From a virus, in the IMG/VR virus record IMGVR_UViG_3300009093_000005: DNA of 64,000 nt. The stretch is one strand, 5' to 3'. Below are positions 8,183 to 17,550 of this stretch, piece by piece. The notes under the pieces are model-generated. The model did not search any database. It had not been told where the DNA came from and saw only the letters and a program-made list of their open reading frames with translations. How positions within the stretch are numbered: the first letter of the stretch is position 1; the number at the start of each line of letters is the position of its first letter. The translations under genes and the position numbers were made by a program.

Positions 8183-9673
8183 ATGCCCCAAAGCGCTCGC
8201 CAACAAGATCAGAATGGATACCTCCTAATCAGAGGCTGTCCGATTTCGACTTTCGGCATTTTTCAATACAGCGCTGCACAAGTAGGGTTGCCAGGCGATC
8301 CAAACCGGATCGTCAACGTATATCGTCCGGAAGCGGCAGTAAGCGATCCTGAGTATGTGAATTCATTCCAAGTCGTGCCGTTGATAAACGACCACGAAAT
8401 GTTGAGTGGATTCCAAGGCGATGAGAGCGCGACGGCCCCGGAAGAATACGGCATCGACGGCGTTCTTTACGACGTTGGCTACAAGCAGCCTTGGACTCGC
8501 GGTGATCTGAAGATTTTCTCGCGTTCGATGCAAGCCGATTTGAACGCTGGTAAGAAGGATTTGTCGCTTGGATACACATGCGACTTCGTTTTGGAATCGG
8601 GCACGTTCGATGGTCAGGATTATGAAGTGATCCAGACCAATATGCGCGGCAACCACATCGCGCTCGTTGATATCGGCAGAGTGCCCGGTGCGAAGGTCTT
8701 GGACGGAAAGCGTCTTTGCTTTGATAGTCTGAGTTTCTCCACATTTTCTACCAACGGAGGGGCAATCATGCCTAAACCTCGCAGGGCGCTGGACAGCACC
8801 GTCGTCCAGCAATTGCAAGCCCAGCTGAAGGCACTGTTGCCCACCTTCGAACAGTTTCTGAGTGAGGAGGCCAGCGAGCCTGCCCATCAGGGCGGCGAGG
8901 GTGGTGCTGGTGCCGAAGCTGGTGCAGCAAACGCCGCAGCCAGCGGTGAAGAGCAATCGGCCGTGAATGCAGGCGGCGAAGAAGGCTCGAATGAAACAGG
9001 CATCGCCGCCGATCCGAACGCTGCTGAGGCAGGCGGCGAGATGAACGAAGGCGAAGAGGACGGCGAAAACGAAGCCGCCCTGATGGATGCTCTCAAGCAG
9101 GTGCAAGATATCTGCGCGAAACTGATGTCCCAGATGGGCGGCGCGCAAGCCGGCGCAGGCGGGGATGAAGGTGGCGAGGGCGGCGAGGGCGGCGCTGAAG
9201 GCGGGGAATCGAATGGTGCCGAAGGAACCACGGAGGACACCGTTGAAGGCCTGGCAGGCACGGCCCGCGAAGGTGAGGACGGCGAAGAAGGCGCCGCGCT
9301 CGGAGAGGGCGGACAAGGCAGCGCGTCGGAAGGTCCGGCAGCAGGAAAGCACAAAGGTGCTGACGCTGCGCTTCGTTCTTTCTATGCTGACGCTGCTCGT
9401 AAGAATCGCCTCTACGACCGGCTGTCTCGTGTGGTTGGAGCATTTGACGGGGCAGTGGATGTCGCGGCTGCAACACATGCTGACATCGCTTCTTACGGGG
9501 TGAAGAAACTCGGCATCAAGTGCGCCAAGGGAACTGAGGCGATTGCGCTGGACGCCTATCTCACCGGTGTCGAGAAAGCCTGCAAGTCGAACGCGGTCAC
9601 CACAACGAAACAACGCGCGCAAGACGCCGCCGCAGCTGCGGTGCCGGTCATCGAAGCGTACTTCAAGGAGTAA
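8183..9673 (+). CDS. Prohead protease/scaffold (DUF2213 family)
   Basis: D.NGYLLI...G.FQY, V.RPE, LSLGYTCDF, RGNHIALVD.GR motifs; long acidic Gly/Glu linker; upstream GTG 8114 is an alternative start. Confidence 0.85.
   Translation: MPQSARQQDQNGYLLIRGCPISTFGIFQYSAAQVGLPGDPNRIVNVYRPEAAVSDPEYVNSFQVVPLINDHEMLSGFQGDESATAPEEYGIDGVLYDVGYKQPWTRGDLKIFSRSMQADLNAGKKDLSLGYTCDFVLESGTFDGQDYEVIQTNMRGNHIALVDIGRVPGAKVLDGKRLCFDSLSFSTFSTNGGAIMPKPRRALDSTVVQQLQAQLKALLPTFEQFLSEEASEPAHQGGEGGAGAEAGAANAAASGEEQSAVNAGGEEGSNETGIAADPNAAEAGGEMNEGEEDGENEAALMDALKQVQDICAKLMSQMGGAQAGAGGDEGGEGGEGGAEGGESNGAEGTTEDTVEGLAGTAREGEDGEEGAALGEGGQGSASEGPAAGKHKGADAALRSFYADAARKNRLYDRLSRVVGAFDGAVDVAAATHADIASYGVKKLGIKCAKGTEAIALDAYLTGVEKACKSNAVTTTKQRAQDAAAAAVPVIEAYFKE
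8768..9673 (+). CDS. Putative nested in-frame scaffold protein
   Basis: GGAGG at 8756-8760 then ATG 8768 (MPKPRRALDS...) directly after the protease domain. Confidence 0.5.
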   Translation: MPKPRRALDSTVVQQLQAQLKALLPTFEQFLSEEASEPAHQGGEGGAGAEAGAANAAASGEEQSAVNAGGEEGSNETGIAADPNAAEAGGEMNEGEEDGENEAALMDALKQVQDICAKLMSQMGGAQAGAGGDEGGEGGEGGAEGGESNGAEGTTEDTVEGLAGTAREGEDGEEGAALGEGGQGSASEGPAAGKHKGADAALRSFYADAARKNRLYDRLSRVVGAFDGAVDVAAATHADIASYGVKKLGIKCAKGTEAIALDAYLTGVEKACKSNAVTTTKQRAQDAAAAAVPVIEAYFKE

Positions 9674-9679
9674 TTCGCC

Positions 9680-10303
9680 ATGTTGCAAACCACAGTCAAT
9701 CGCGCTTACACGACCGGCTTCCAAGGTCAAATCGTGCGCGAAGGTCCGACGCGCGGCAAGGTGGCGCGCATTGCTTCGGCCACGATCGGAACCGATCCGG
9801 CCGCGTCAACCAACCGCATGTCGCGTGCGTTCGGTTACAGCGCTGACATCAGCATTCCTGGCGGCACGACCGTCGCGGCGCAAGAGGCCTCGGTTGTCGT
9901 CGGAGGCCCCACGTTCTTCGGCATCCTCGGTCACCCGGAGCGCTACGCCCTGTTCGGTAGCGCAAGTAGCTCGCTGTCGCCCAGTCTTGATCTTCCGCTC
10001 GGCTCTGAAGGCGAGTTCTTCGACATGACCACGGGCATGGTGATCGAGTGCTTCAACAGCACAACCGGCTCGTACACGGCCAACTTCGGCGACCAGCTGT
10101 GCTTTTGCCCCGCTGGCGTGTCGACGGCGAACAACCCGCAAGCCATGCCGTACGGTGCGCTGTTCAGCATCGCGGCAGGCGCAGCGGTTCCGACCGGCAT
10201 GGTCCTGATTCCGAATGCGCGGATCATTAAGACCGTGACGATCGGCGCCTCGTCGGTTGGCTCGCCTGTTTCGGCGCTGACCATCGTTCAACTCACGCAG
10301 TAA
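9680..10303 (+). CDS. Head decoration/cement protein
   Basis: MLQTTVNRAYTTGFQGQIVREGP N-terminus; position between scaffold and capsid. Confidence 0.75.
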   Translation: MLQTTVNRAYTTGFQGQIVREGPTRGKVARIASATIGTDPAASTNRMSRAFGYSADISIPGGTTVAAQEASVVVGGPTFFGILGHPERYALFGSASSSLSPSLDLPLGSEGEFFDMTTGMVIECFNSTTGSYTANFGDQLCFCPAGVSTANNPQAMPYGALFSIAAGAAVPTGMVLIPNARIIKTVTIGASSVGSPVSALTIVQLTQ

Positions 10304-10333
10304 TCTGCGGCGGACAAAAGGAGTCCTTTAACC

Positions 10334-11476
10334 ATGTTGCAACCTACCAAGGCCCGATCGTTCATCGCCGCACGCAAAATGCGTCCGTTGTCGATGGACA
10401 GCAAGGACATCACAGCAGCTGCTGTGAAAGAACTCGCTGCCAAGTTTGGTATCGTTTTCGATCACTCCGTCGTGCTGGAACAGGTCCGACTCTTGAACGA
10501 AGTCCAGCCGGGTTCCGGCATGGATGCTGCGTTCGTCGCTCCTGCCACCAGCGCATCGCTGCCGACGCCTGTCCAGTTTCTGCAAACCTGGCTCCCAGGG
10601 TTCATCAAAGTGATGACGGCCGCACGCAAGATCGACGACATCATCGGCGTGAAGACGATCGGAAGCTGGGAAGATCAGGAAATCGTACAAGGCATCGTCG
10701 AGCCGGCAGCGACGGCGACCGAGTACGGCGACTTCACGAACATTCCGCTGGCACTCTGGAATACGAACTTCATCAAGCGTACGATCGTGCGCGGTGAGCT
10801 CGGTATCCAGGTCGGTTTGCTGGAAGAAGGTCGCAGCGCAGCGATGCGCCTGTCGTCCGCCGAAACGAAGCGCCAAGGCAGCGCAGTTGGCCTGGAAATC
10901 TTCCGCAATGCGGTCGGTTTCTATGGCTGGAACTCCGGCAACAACCTGACGTATGGCTTCTTGAACGATCCGAACCTCCCGGCGTTCATCTCGTCGTCCG
11001 TGACGGGCGGCTGGGGTTCGGCCAACGGCACGTTCCAAGCGATCACCGGTGACATCCGTATGGCGATCGTCCAACTCCGCACGCAGTCGCAAGACCAGAT
11101 CGATCCGGAAAAGGTCGAAATGACGCTGGCGCTGCCCACGGACAAGGTCGATTACCTGTCGGTGACCACCGACTTCGGCGTGTCTGTTCGCGACTGGCTG
11201 GAGCAAACGTACGGCAAGATTCGTGTTGTGTCGGCCCCTGAACTCGGCGCCGCCAACTCCGGATCGGACGTTTTCTACCTGTTCGCGGAAGAGATCGACA
11301 GCGCGATTGACGGCAGCACGGATGGCGGCGAGACGTTCGCGCAGCTGGTCCAAACGAAGTTCGTCACGCTTGGCGTCGAAAAGCGGGCCAAGTCGTACAT
11401 CGAAGATTATTCGAACGGCACGGCAGGCACGCTTTGCAAACGGCCCTGGGCCGTGGTGCGCGTCACCGGCATCTAA
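10334..11476 (+). CDS. Major capsid protein (DUF2184-type)
   Basis: 380 aa, highly biased codons, FYGWN...[10 protein letters not shown], followed by a terminator hairpin. Confidence 0.85.
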   Translation: MLQPTKARSFIAARKMRPLSMDSKDITAAAVKELAAKFGIVFDHSVVLEQVRLLNEVQPGSGMDAAFVAPATSASLPTPVQFLQTWLPGFIKVMTAARKIDDIIGVKTIGSWEDQEIVQGIVEPAATATEYGDFTNIPLALWNTNFIKRTIVRGELGIQVGLLEEGRSAAMRLSSAETKRQGSAVGLEIFRNAVGFYGWNSGNNLTYGFLNDPNLPAFISSSVTGGWGSANGTFQAITGDIRMAIVQLRTQSQDQIDPEKVEMTLALPTDKVDYLSVTTDFGVSVRDWLEQTYGKIRVVSAPELGAANSGSDVFYLFAEEIDSAIDGSTDGGETFAQLVQTKFVTLGVEKRAKSYIEDYSNGTAGTLCKRPWAVVRVTGI

Positions 11477-11499
11477 CTCGTCGCAGACACGACGAACCC

Positions 11500-11536
11500 G
11501 AAAGGGGCCGTGCGGAAACGTCCGGCCCCTTTCTCA
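11500..11536 (+). terminator. Intrinsic terminator after major capsid gene
   Basis: gaaaggggccg / cggcccctttc 11-bp stem with inner GAAA loop; short U tract. Confidence 0.6.
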
Positions 11537-11594
11537 CCATCGATTCCATAGGCTTCAGGGGCCGAACGGAACGTAACTACAAGGACTGAGCACC

Positions 11595-12059
11595 ATGAGC
11601 AATGTATACATCCTCTCCACGATGACCAACTCGGTCTCGTATCGTGTCTACCGCACGATTGGCGATTCGCAACCCAGCAAAGGTCCGCGAATTGTTGCGC
11701 CGATCAACGAAGAGACGATCACGATCCGTGGTGGCGCCAATCGGCCCAGCACGAAGTCAGGCTTCGGAGATCGCACCGAGGACATCAATGGAAATGTCCT
11801 TTGGCACGCTCGCGGCGTGATCACGCCAGTTACCGATGAGCAGTATGAGAAGCTGAAAGAACACTGGTTGTTCCAGAAACACGTCAAAGGCGGATTCCTG
11901 GAAGTCGTTGGCGCTCGTGATGCTGGCAGCCATGAGGCCATCAAGAAGGTTACGTCAGCGATGAACAACCAAGACCCGCACGCCCAGCTGACCAAGGACA
12001 CCGTTGCCCAGCGCATCAAGGTGAAGACGCCTGCCAAGGACATTGCTCAGGAGTGGTAA
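11595..12059 (+). CDS. Virion-associated hypothetical protein
   Basis: 154 aa between capsid and adaptor. Confidence 0.7.
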   Translation: MSNVYILSTMTNSVSYRVYRTIGDSQPSKGPRIVAPINEETITIRGGANRPSTKSGFGDRTEDINGNVLWHARGVITPVTDEQYEKLKEHWLFQKHVKGGFLEVVGARDAGSHEAIKKVTSAMNNQDPHAQLTKDTVAQRIKVKTPAKDIAQEW

Positions 12060-12062
12060 TCC

Positions 12063-12527
12063 ATGCCAGCTTACAATGACGCGAACTTCCGTCAGCTGTT
12101 TGTCGCGTTCGCTGATACCACCAAATATCCGACAGCCACTCTTCAGATGTATTGGAACGTCGCGTCGGATTATATCAGCACGGACGACAGCGCTTGCAAT
12201 ATGTTGAACGGCGCGTCATTGCAGCTGGCACTCGATTGCCTTTGCGCGCATCTGGCCACACTATTCTCGCAAGACGCGACGAACGTGGCCGCTGGTGACG
12301 CGCCTGGGCAATCGGACGGAATCGAGACGTCATCCTCCATCGGCGCGATCAGCGTGTCGCAGCTGCCTCCGCCGATCGACAACGACCCATGGAAGTACTG
12401 GCTGAACCAGACTTCCTATGGGCAGCAGCTGCTTGCGCTTTTGCGCATCAAGTCTGTTGGCGGATTTTACGTTGGAGGCCTCGCCGAGCGCGAAGGATTC
12501 CGCAAGGCCGGTGGAGTGTTTTGGTAA
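12063..12527 (+). CDS. Head-tail adaptor (DUF4054 family)
   Basis: FRQLF.AF.D..KYP, AHLATL, WLNQTSYGQQLLALL motifs. Confidence 0.85.
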   Translation: MPAYNDANFRQLFVAFADTTKYPTATLQMYWNVASDYISTDDSACNMLNGASLQLALDCLCAHLATLFSQDATNVAAGDAPGQSDGIETSSSIGAISVSQLPPPIDNDPWKYWLNQTSYGQQLLALLRIKSVGGFYVGGLAEREGFRKAGGVFW

Positions 12528-12910
12528 TGACTACGCCTGGCTCCAATCTCTACCGTCGCGCATCGAAGCTCATACGACAAGGAACGGTGCAATATTACCC
12601 GTTCCTGTCGCGCCAGCTGAACGCAGCGCGGCAATGGGCTCCGACTTTCGACACGCCATTCCCGCTGCGATGCAATGTGCAGGCCGTGCCGCGCAATTCG
12701 TACTCGGACATGGGGTTGGACTTCAACGCGTTTTATGTGCAGATTTACGCTTCATTGAACATCGTTGATCTTCAGCGCGACTCGTCCGGTGATCGTTTCA
12801 TTTGGAATGGCGATTGGTATCAAATGAAGGACGGAGAAAGCTGGTTTGAACAAGATGGCTGGGCAACGGCTTTGGCCGTTCGTGTCAAACAAAACGCGTC
12901 AGGAGTGTAA
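12527..12910 (+). CDS. Head closure/neck protein
   Basis: TAATG-coupled start (MTTPGSNL...), DLQRDSSGDRFIWNG, W.EQDGW. Confidence 0.75.
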   Translation: MTTPGSNLYRRASKLIRQGTVQYYPFLSRQLNAARQWAPTFDTPFPLRCNVQAVPRNSYSDMGLDFNAFYVQIYASLNIVDLQRDSSGDRFIWNGDWYQMKDGESWFEQDGWATALAVRVKQNASGV

Positions 12911-13513
12911 ATGACGCAAATTGCGCTCACCGACAATCAAGTCATCAACGTCCTTGCGACTTCGCTAGAGACGGCCAGTGCGCAGCTTACTGCGCAATTC
13001 GCGGCGATGAATCCGCCAGTCGCGTGGAGCGCAATCACGCTTCAGAAAGATCAACCGAGCCAGCAAGGCGCGCCGACCGGCCCTGCGATCTATTTCGAGA
13101 AGCTTTTTGATATGGCGTACGGCTTCCCCATGGTTAGCCGCGTGCATGTCGCTGCTGTCCCTCCGTCGACACAAGGAACGTTTTCATCGACAGAGGCGCA
13201 GTGGACTGAAACGACTTTTCAAATATCCGCCCAAGCCATACAAGACCCTGAAAACCTGAGTGTCCCAACGGCATCGGACATAGTAAACTACATGAAGTTG
13301 TACATGAGCAGCCGTCCGAATCTGGCTTATCTCAAGGGGCAAGGAATCGGCATTCTGAGACCGGTGCAAATCAGAAACCCGTCTTTTAAAGACGATCGGA
13401 ATGTTTTCGAATTCAATCCGAGCTTCGATATCGTACTGCAGTACTTGCGCTCAATAACGGCCGTGATTGGCGCCACGAACATTGTGCAAGATCAAGGCCT
13501 TTATCCAATTTGA
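12911..13513 (+). CDS. Tail terminator/gateway protein
   Basis: TTFQISA, IRNPSF.DDR..FEFNPSFDIVL; neck position. Confidence 0.7.
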   Translation: MTQIALTDNQVINVLATSLETASAQLTAQFAAMNPPVAWSAITLQKDQPSQQGAPTGPAIYFEKLFDMAYGFPMVSRVHVAAVPPSTQGTFSSTEAQWTETTFQISAQAIQDPENLSVPTASDIVNYMKLYMSSRPNLAYLKGQGIGILRPVQIRNPSFKDDRNVFEFNPSFDIVLQYLRSITAVIGATNIVQDQGLYPI

Positions 13514-13515
13514 TC

Positions 13516-14025
13516 ATGGCTCGCGCTAAGACGCTCGTTGAACGGCACATCGAAGCGCTGAAGGCGTTAAAGGGCAAGTCCGTTGAGGCCGGTTGGTTCG
13601 AGACGAATCGATACAAGGCCGGCAAGAAGGGAAATGGCGATGAGATTTCTGAGAAGCTTATCGGCCAGCCAATCGCGAAGATCGCGCGCATACAGGAGTT
13701 TGGCGCAACGATAAAGCGTGGCAAAAAGAGCATCGTAATTCCAGCAAGGCCGTTCATGAGATTAGCGCACTCGAACTTCATGAAAAATCGCGCTGGGATT
13801 CAAAAGAAAATCGCTCGCGATTTGGTGAGCGGAAAAATTAAACCGGAGCAGGCATTAGGCCAAATCGGCCTCGCCCTGGAAGGTTGCATTGTGGACAGCA
13901 TCAGGAATGGCGGTTGGGAGCCTAACGCCGAGTCCACGGTGAAAAATAAAGGCTTCGATAAGCCGCTGATTGACTCCTCGCAAATGTGGCAAGGCGTCAC
14001 CAGCCAAGTGGTTTCTTCAACCTGA
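13516..14025 (+). CDS. Neck/tail completion protein
   Basis: IARIQEFGA, IPARPFMR, PNAESTVKNKGFDKPLIDSSQM motifs. Confidence 0.75.
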   Translation: MARAKTLVERHIEALKALKGKSVEAGWFETNRYKAGKKGNGDEISEKLIGQPIAKIARIQEFGATIKRGKKSIVIPARPFMRLAHSNFMKNRAGIQKKIARDLVSGKIKPEQALGQIGLALEGCIVDSIRNGGWEPNAESTVKNKGFDKPLIDSSQMWQGVTSQVVSST

Positions 14026-14037
14026 TGGAGTCCTAAC

Positions 14038-15570
14038 GTGATTTCTCAAAGCCGTTACGTCGATATCGTATCGGGCGTGGGTGCTGGCGCGGCGGTGGCG
14101 CAACGGCAGCTGATTCTGCGCTTGATCACCCAAAGCAACCTGTTGCCTCCCGGCCTGGTCGCGCAGTTCGCAAATGCCACTTCAGTCGGCGCATACTTCG
14201 GAACGAGTTCTGAAGAATACTTCCGGGCCGTGGCATACTTCTCGTTCATCTCCAAGAACATCACCGCACCGCAACTGATCAGCTTTGCCCGCTGGGTATC
14301 CACGGCAATCGCTCCGATGATCGTTGGCGACACGACGACGAACGCAGCATCGAACGCGTTGGCAAACCTCGCAGCGATCACGGCAGGCACGATCACGATC
14401 AACGATGGCGCGACGCCGATTCAGTTGACCGGCATCAACCTTTCGACTGCCACCACGCTGACGCAAGTCGCATCGCTGCTCCAAACGGCCTTCCGGCTCA
14501 ACGCCGATCCGCAGTTGGCCAGTTGCTCGGTCTCGTTCAACACGAACACCAACCAGTTCGTCCTTACCGGGTCGACGCCTGGCAGCGGTACGCTCTCGGC
14601 GACGCCTTCCGGCCTCTCCACGGACATCGCGCCGCTTCTGGGCTGGACGACAGGCGGCACGGTCACCGTCGCAGGGCAAGCGGCCGATACGCCCGACGTT
14701 GCAGTGTCCAAATCGGTGGCAATCAGCAACAACTTCGGGTCGTTCGCGTATTGCACGCCGAGCACGCCGCTCACCAATACGCAAATCGCGACGATCTCCG
14801 CTTGGACCGACAGCCAGAACAACCAGTATATGTACTCTCTGGCCACTCCGCTGTCGAACCTCCAAACGCTCTATGCTCTGATCAAAGGCTACAGCGGCGT
14901 CGCGATCAACATTCTGTCGACGACTCAGGCCAACGATTACATCGAGCAATCGCCTTGCGAAATCCTCGCGGCGACGAACTACAACAATCCGGCCGCGTCG
15001 CAGAACTACATGTTCTATCAGTTTGCGAAGCGCAACATCACCGTTACGGATGACACAACTGCTGATACGGTGGACGCGTCGCGTGGAAACTACATCGGCG
15101 TGACACAAAGTGCCGGACAGCAACTGGCATTTTACCAGCGTGGCGTGCTGTGTGGCGGATCGCAAGCAGCGGTGGACATGAACACGTTTGCGAACGAGAT
15201 GTGGCTCAAGTCTTCGTTCAGCACCGCGTTCCTTTCGCTGTTCTTGAATGTTCCTGAAGTGCCTGCTGATCCGGAAGGCGCGGCGATGCTTCTGGGCCAG
15301 ATGCAGCCGACGATCGAGTTGGCAAAAACCAACGGCGTCATCGCAAAAGGCAAGGCCCTGACCCAGACGCAACAAACGACGATCTCCCAGATCACCGGCG
15401 ATCCGACTGCATGGCGCCAAGTCCAGACGTTGGGCTACTGGGTGAACATCACCTTCACGCAGCAAACGAACGCGAACAGCGGCTTGCAAGAATATGTCGC
15501 CAATTACCAGTTCGTCTATGCGAAGTCGGACGCGATCCGCCAAGTAATCGGCAGCGACGTGATGATCTAA
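14038..15570 (+). CDS. Tail sheath protein (DUF3383 family)
   Basis: MISQSRYVDIVSGV N-terminus, S.EY..A..YFS, NEMWLKS; 510 aa; implies contractile tail. Confidence 0.85.
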   Translation: MISQSRYVDIVSGVGAGAAVAQRQLILRLITQSNLLPPGLVAQFANATSVGAYFGTSSEEYFRAVAYFSFISKNITAPQLISFARWVSTAIAPMIVGDTTTNAASNALANLAAITAGTITINDGATPIQLTGINLSTATTLTQVASLLQTAFRLNADPQLASCSVSFNTNTNQFVLTGSTPGSGTLSATPSGLSTDIAPLLGWTTGGTVTVAGQAADTPDVAVSKSVAISNNFGSFAYCTPSTPLTNTQIATISAWTDSQNNQYMYSLATPLSNLQTLYALIKGYSGVAINILSTTQANDYIEQSPCEILAATNYNNPAASQNYMFYQFAKRNITVTDDTTADTVDASRGNYIGVTQSAGQQLAFYQRGVLCGGSQAAVDMNTFANEMWLKSSFSTAFLSLFLNVPEVPADPEGAAMLLGQMQPTIELAKTNGVIAKGKALTQTQQTTISQITGDPTAWRQVQTLGYWVNITFTQQTNANSGLQEYVANYQFVYAKSDAIRQVIGSDVMI

Positions 15571-15576
15571 GCCGGC

Positions 15577-15618
15577 AGCGCGGCAGGAGCCTTGAGTGTA
15601 TGAGACACCTGCCGCGCT
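15577..15618 (+). other. 11-bp stem-loop between sheath and tube genes
   Basis: agcgcggcagg (15577-15587) pairs with cctgccgcgct (15608-15618); no U tract. Confidence 0.6.
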
Positions 15619-15649
15619 AGTAAAATCAGGACATTCTTTGGAGCGATAA

Positions 15650-16111
15650 ATGTCGCAAGATATTTCAGTCTTTGGCTTGCAAGGAAACATCGTTGCAAGC
15701 AAAACGTTTCCGAATGGATTCACCGTTTCTGCATTCGCAGACGATGCTGATCCGCTCGATTCGCCCGACATCGATCTTGCCGACATGGCAATCGGGCCGA
15801 ATGGCGACACGACTTGCTGGTCGCGTCCGCAACTGATCGAGATCGTCATCAATGTGATCCCGCAATCGCAAGATGATCTGAACCTGACCGCTTTGGCCGA
15901 TGCCAACCGCGTCGCCAAGAATAAGTCATCGGCTCGCGATTCGATCACGATCATCTGGACGTATCCGAATGGGATGACTGTGACGGCATCGGACGGAAAG
16001 TTGGTGACCGGAAACGTTGTTCAGTCCGGCAACTCCGCAGGCAAAACGAAGTCGAAGCGGTATGCATTCCGATTCGGTCAAGTTACGCGACGCACGCCGC
16101 AGGCAACCTAA
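15650..16111 (+). CDS. Tail tube protein
   Basis: Follows sheath; DIS.FG, FADDADPLD, K.Y.F.F motifs. Confidence 0.8.
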   Translation: MSQDISVFGLQGNIVASKTFPNGFTVSAFADDADPLDSPDIDLADMAIGPNGDTTCWSRPQLIEIVINVIPQSQDDLNLTALADANRVAKNKSSARDSITIIWTYPNGMTVTASDGKLVTGNVVQSGNSAGKTKSKRYAFRFGQVTRRTPQAT

Positions 16112-16470
16112 TGCTCGCAATTCCGCTATCGCAAATAGCGAATCAGTCGGTTGAGTTCAATGCAGACGGAGTGCTCTGGTCCATTAAAGTGTACCAGAGC
16201 ATAAATTTTGTCTGCGCTGACGTAAGCCGTTCCATCCTTCCGTCCGATCCAGACGGAACGACAGGCCCTGTGCCTCTCGTGAATGGAATTCGATGCTTTG
16301 GCGGAATTCCTCTTTTGCAATACGCTTGGCAGTATGAGCCGAACTTGGGCAACTTCATTTTCGACTCGGACGCTGATTGGACTAACTTCGGCGCCACTTG
16401 CCAGTTGTATTACCTTGAGCAGGATGAGATTTCTGAATTCTTGGCGGCGCTGCAAGCGGGAGTTATTTGA
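16111..16470 (+). CDS. Baseplate-associated protein
   Basis: IPL....NQSV.F, DWTNFGATCQLYYL. Confidence 0.7.
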   Translation: MLAIPLSQIANQSVEFNADGVLWSIKVYQSINFVCADVSRSILPSDPDGTTGPVPLVNGIRCFGGIPLLQYAWQYEPNLGNFIFDSDADWTNFGATCQLYYLEQDEISEFLAALQAGVI

Positions 16471-16832
16471 TGGCCACGCAAACGCTTCAATGCAACGAGA
16501 ACAATGATCTTTACTTGCCTGACGGCCGGAATCTTGTGATGCTGTCGGGCGCGGCTGCATGCGCTCAGAACTTAACTCAAAAAGCATTGATGCGACTGGG
16601 CGAGAATCAATACAACGTCAACGATGGAGTTGATTATTTCGGAACGATTTTCACGCCGCAGGCGGATTACGATGCTGCGCGGAAATCGCTTTCGACAAAT
16701 CTTCTTGAGTGCCCTGACACCGTCATGATCGAATCGCTTACGATAACGATTGATGGCGACTCATTTAACTATGAGGCGGACATTCACACGGTTTATGGAC
16801 CGATCAACACTAATGGAGCCTCCAATGCTTGA
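16467..16832 (+). CDS. Baseplate wedge/sheath initiator (gp25-like)
   Basis: NDLYL..G.NL, L..GE..YN...GVDYFGTIF, IHTVYG. Confidence 0.7.
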   Translation: MMATQTLQCNENNDLYLPDGRNLVMLSGAAACAQNLTQKALMRLGENQYNVNDGVDYFGTIFTPQADYDAARKSLSTNLLECPDTVMIESLTITIDGDSFNYEADIHTVYGPINTNGASNA

Positions 16833-17040
16833 TGGAACCAAAGTGGCGCACGGCGTCATCCACTTCGAAGTCAGCAAAAAGCAGCCGCAACCGTCGTCCA
16901 TCTTCGTCTCGCCCGTGGACAATCCGGCCAATTACGTCCGACACGTATCTATGGGCATCGAGCCTCCGCCCCCTGTCGTTCAATACGATACATCGACTGC
17001 TCCGGCTGAATCGGAGCAAAAAGAAAGCGAACAAGAGTAA
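16825..17040 (+). CDS. Small hypothetical protein
   Basis: GGAG-ATG 16825, 71 aa, fills the gap. Confidence 0.55.
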   Translation: MLDGTKVAHGVIHFEVSKKQPQPSSIFVSPVDNPANYVRHVSMGIEPPPPVVQYDTSTAPAESEQKESEQE

Positions 17041-17049
17041 GGCTCGTCC

Positions 17050-17547
17050 ATGATCGACATCAGCGCATTTGGGACTGGGATAAACATAGTGGCGACCACG
17101 AGTTTCCCCTATGGGTTTCCATTGTCTCAATTCGCTGATGACGAAGACCCGATTTCGATCGAAGACCTGGAGGTAAGCGGATTCGAGAAGCTTTACGATG
17201 GAAGCATCTTCACGTTTGACAAAACGTCACCAGTGCTGCTGTCCGTAGGCGTAATGCCGAATACGGACGACGATGCAAACCTGAAGATACTTATGCAGAT
17301 GCGGAAGAGTTCGCAGCACGTTCTGCCGCTCCCTGACACAACTTCGATGGTCATAACGTATCCGGACGGCGGGCGCGTCATCCTGTCGAATGGCACCATT
17401 CTGAAGGGCGCCATTGCGGACTCAATCACCGCACAAGGACGAAAAAAGGGCAACGTCTATCATTTCGTATTCGGCACATTTGCCGGTGCCCAATCCGCTT
17501 CGCAAGTCGCGGCCGGCATAGTCCAAAATCTACTCAGCGTGATATAA
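17050..17547 (+). CDS. Tail-tube paralogue (tube initiator-like structural protein)
   Basis: Aligns by eye with 15650-16111 (DISAFG/DISVFG, FADDEDP/FADDADP, YPDG/YPNG). Confidence 0.75.
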   Translation: MIDISAFGTGINIVATTSFPYGFPLSQFADDEDPISIEDLEVSGFEKLYDGSIFTFDKTSPVLLSVGVMPNTDDDANLKILMQMRKSSQHVLPLPDTTSMVITYPDGGRVILSNGTILKGAIADSITAQGRKKGNVYHFVFGTFAGAQSASQVAAGIVQNLLSVI

Positions 17548-17550
17548 ACG

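Noticed and set aside
8363-15954. Long antisense ORFs 8363-9730, 10328-11353 and 14182-15954 (also 4373-5272, 35388-36353, 49123-50007)
   Set aside because: Shadow frames of GC-rich, codon-biased genes with clear family motifs on the other strand
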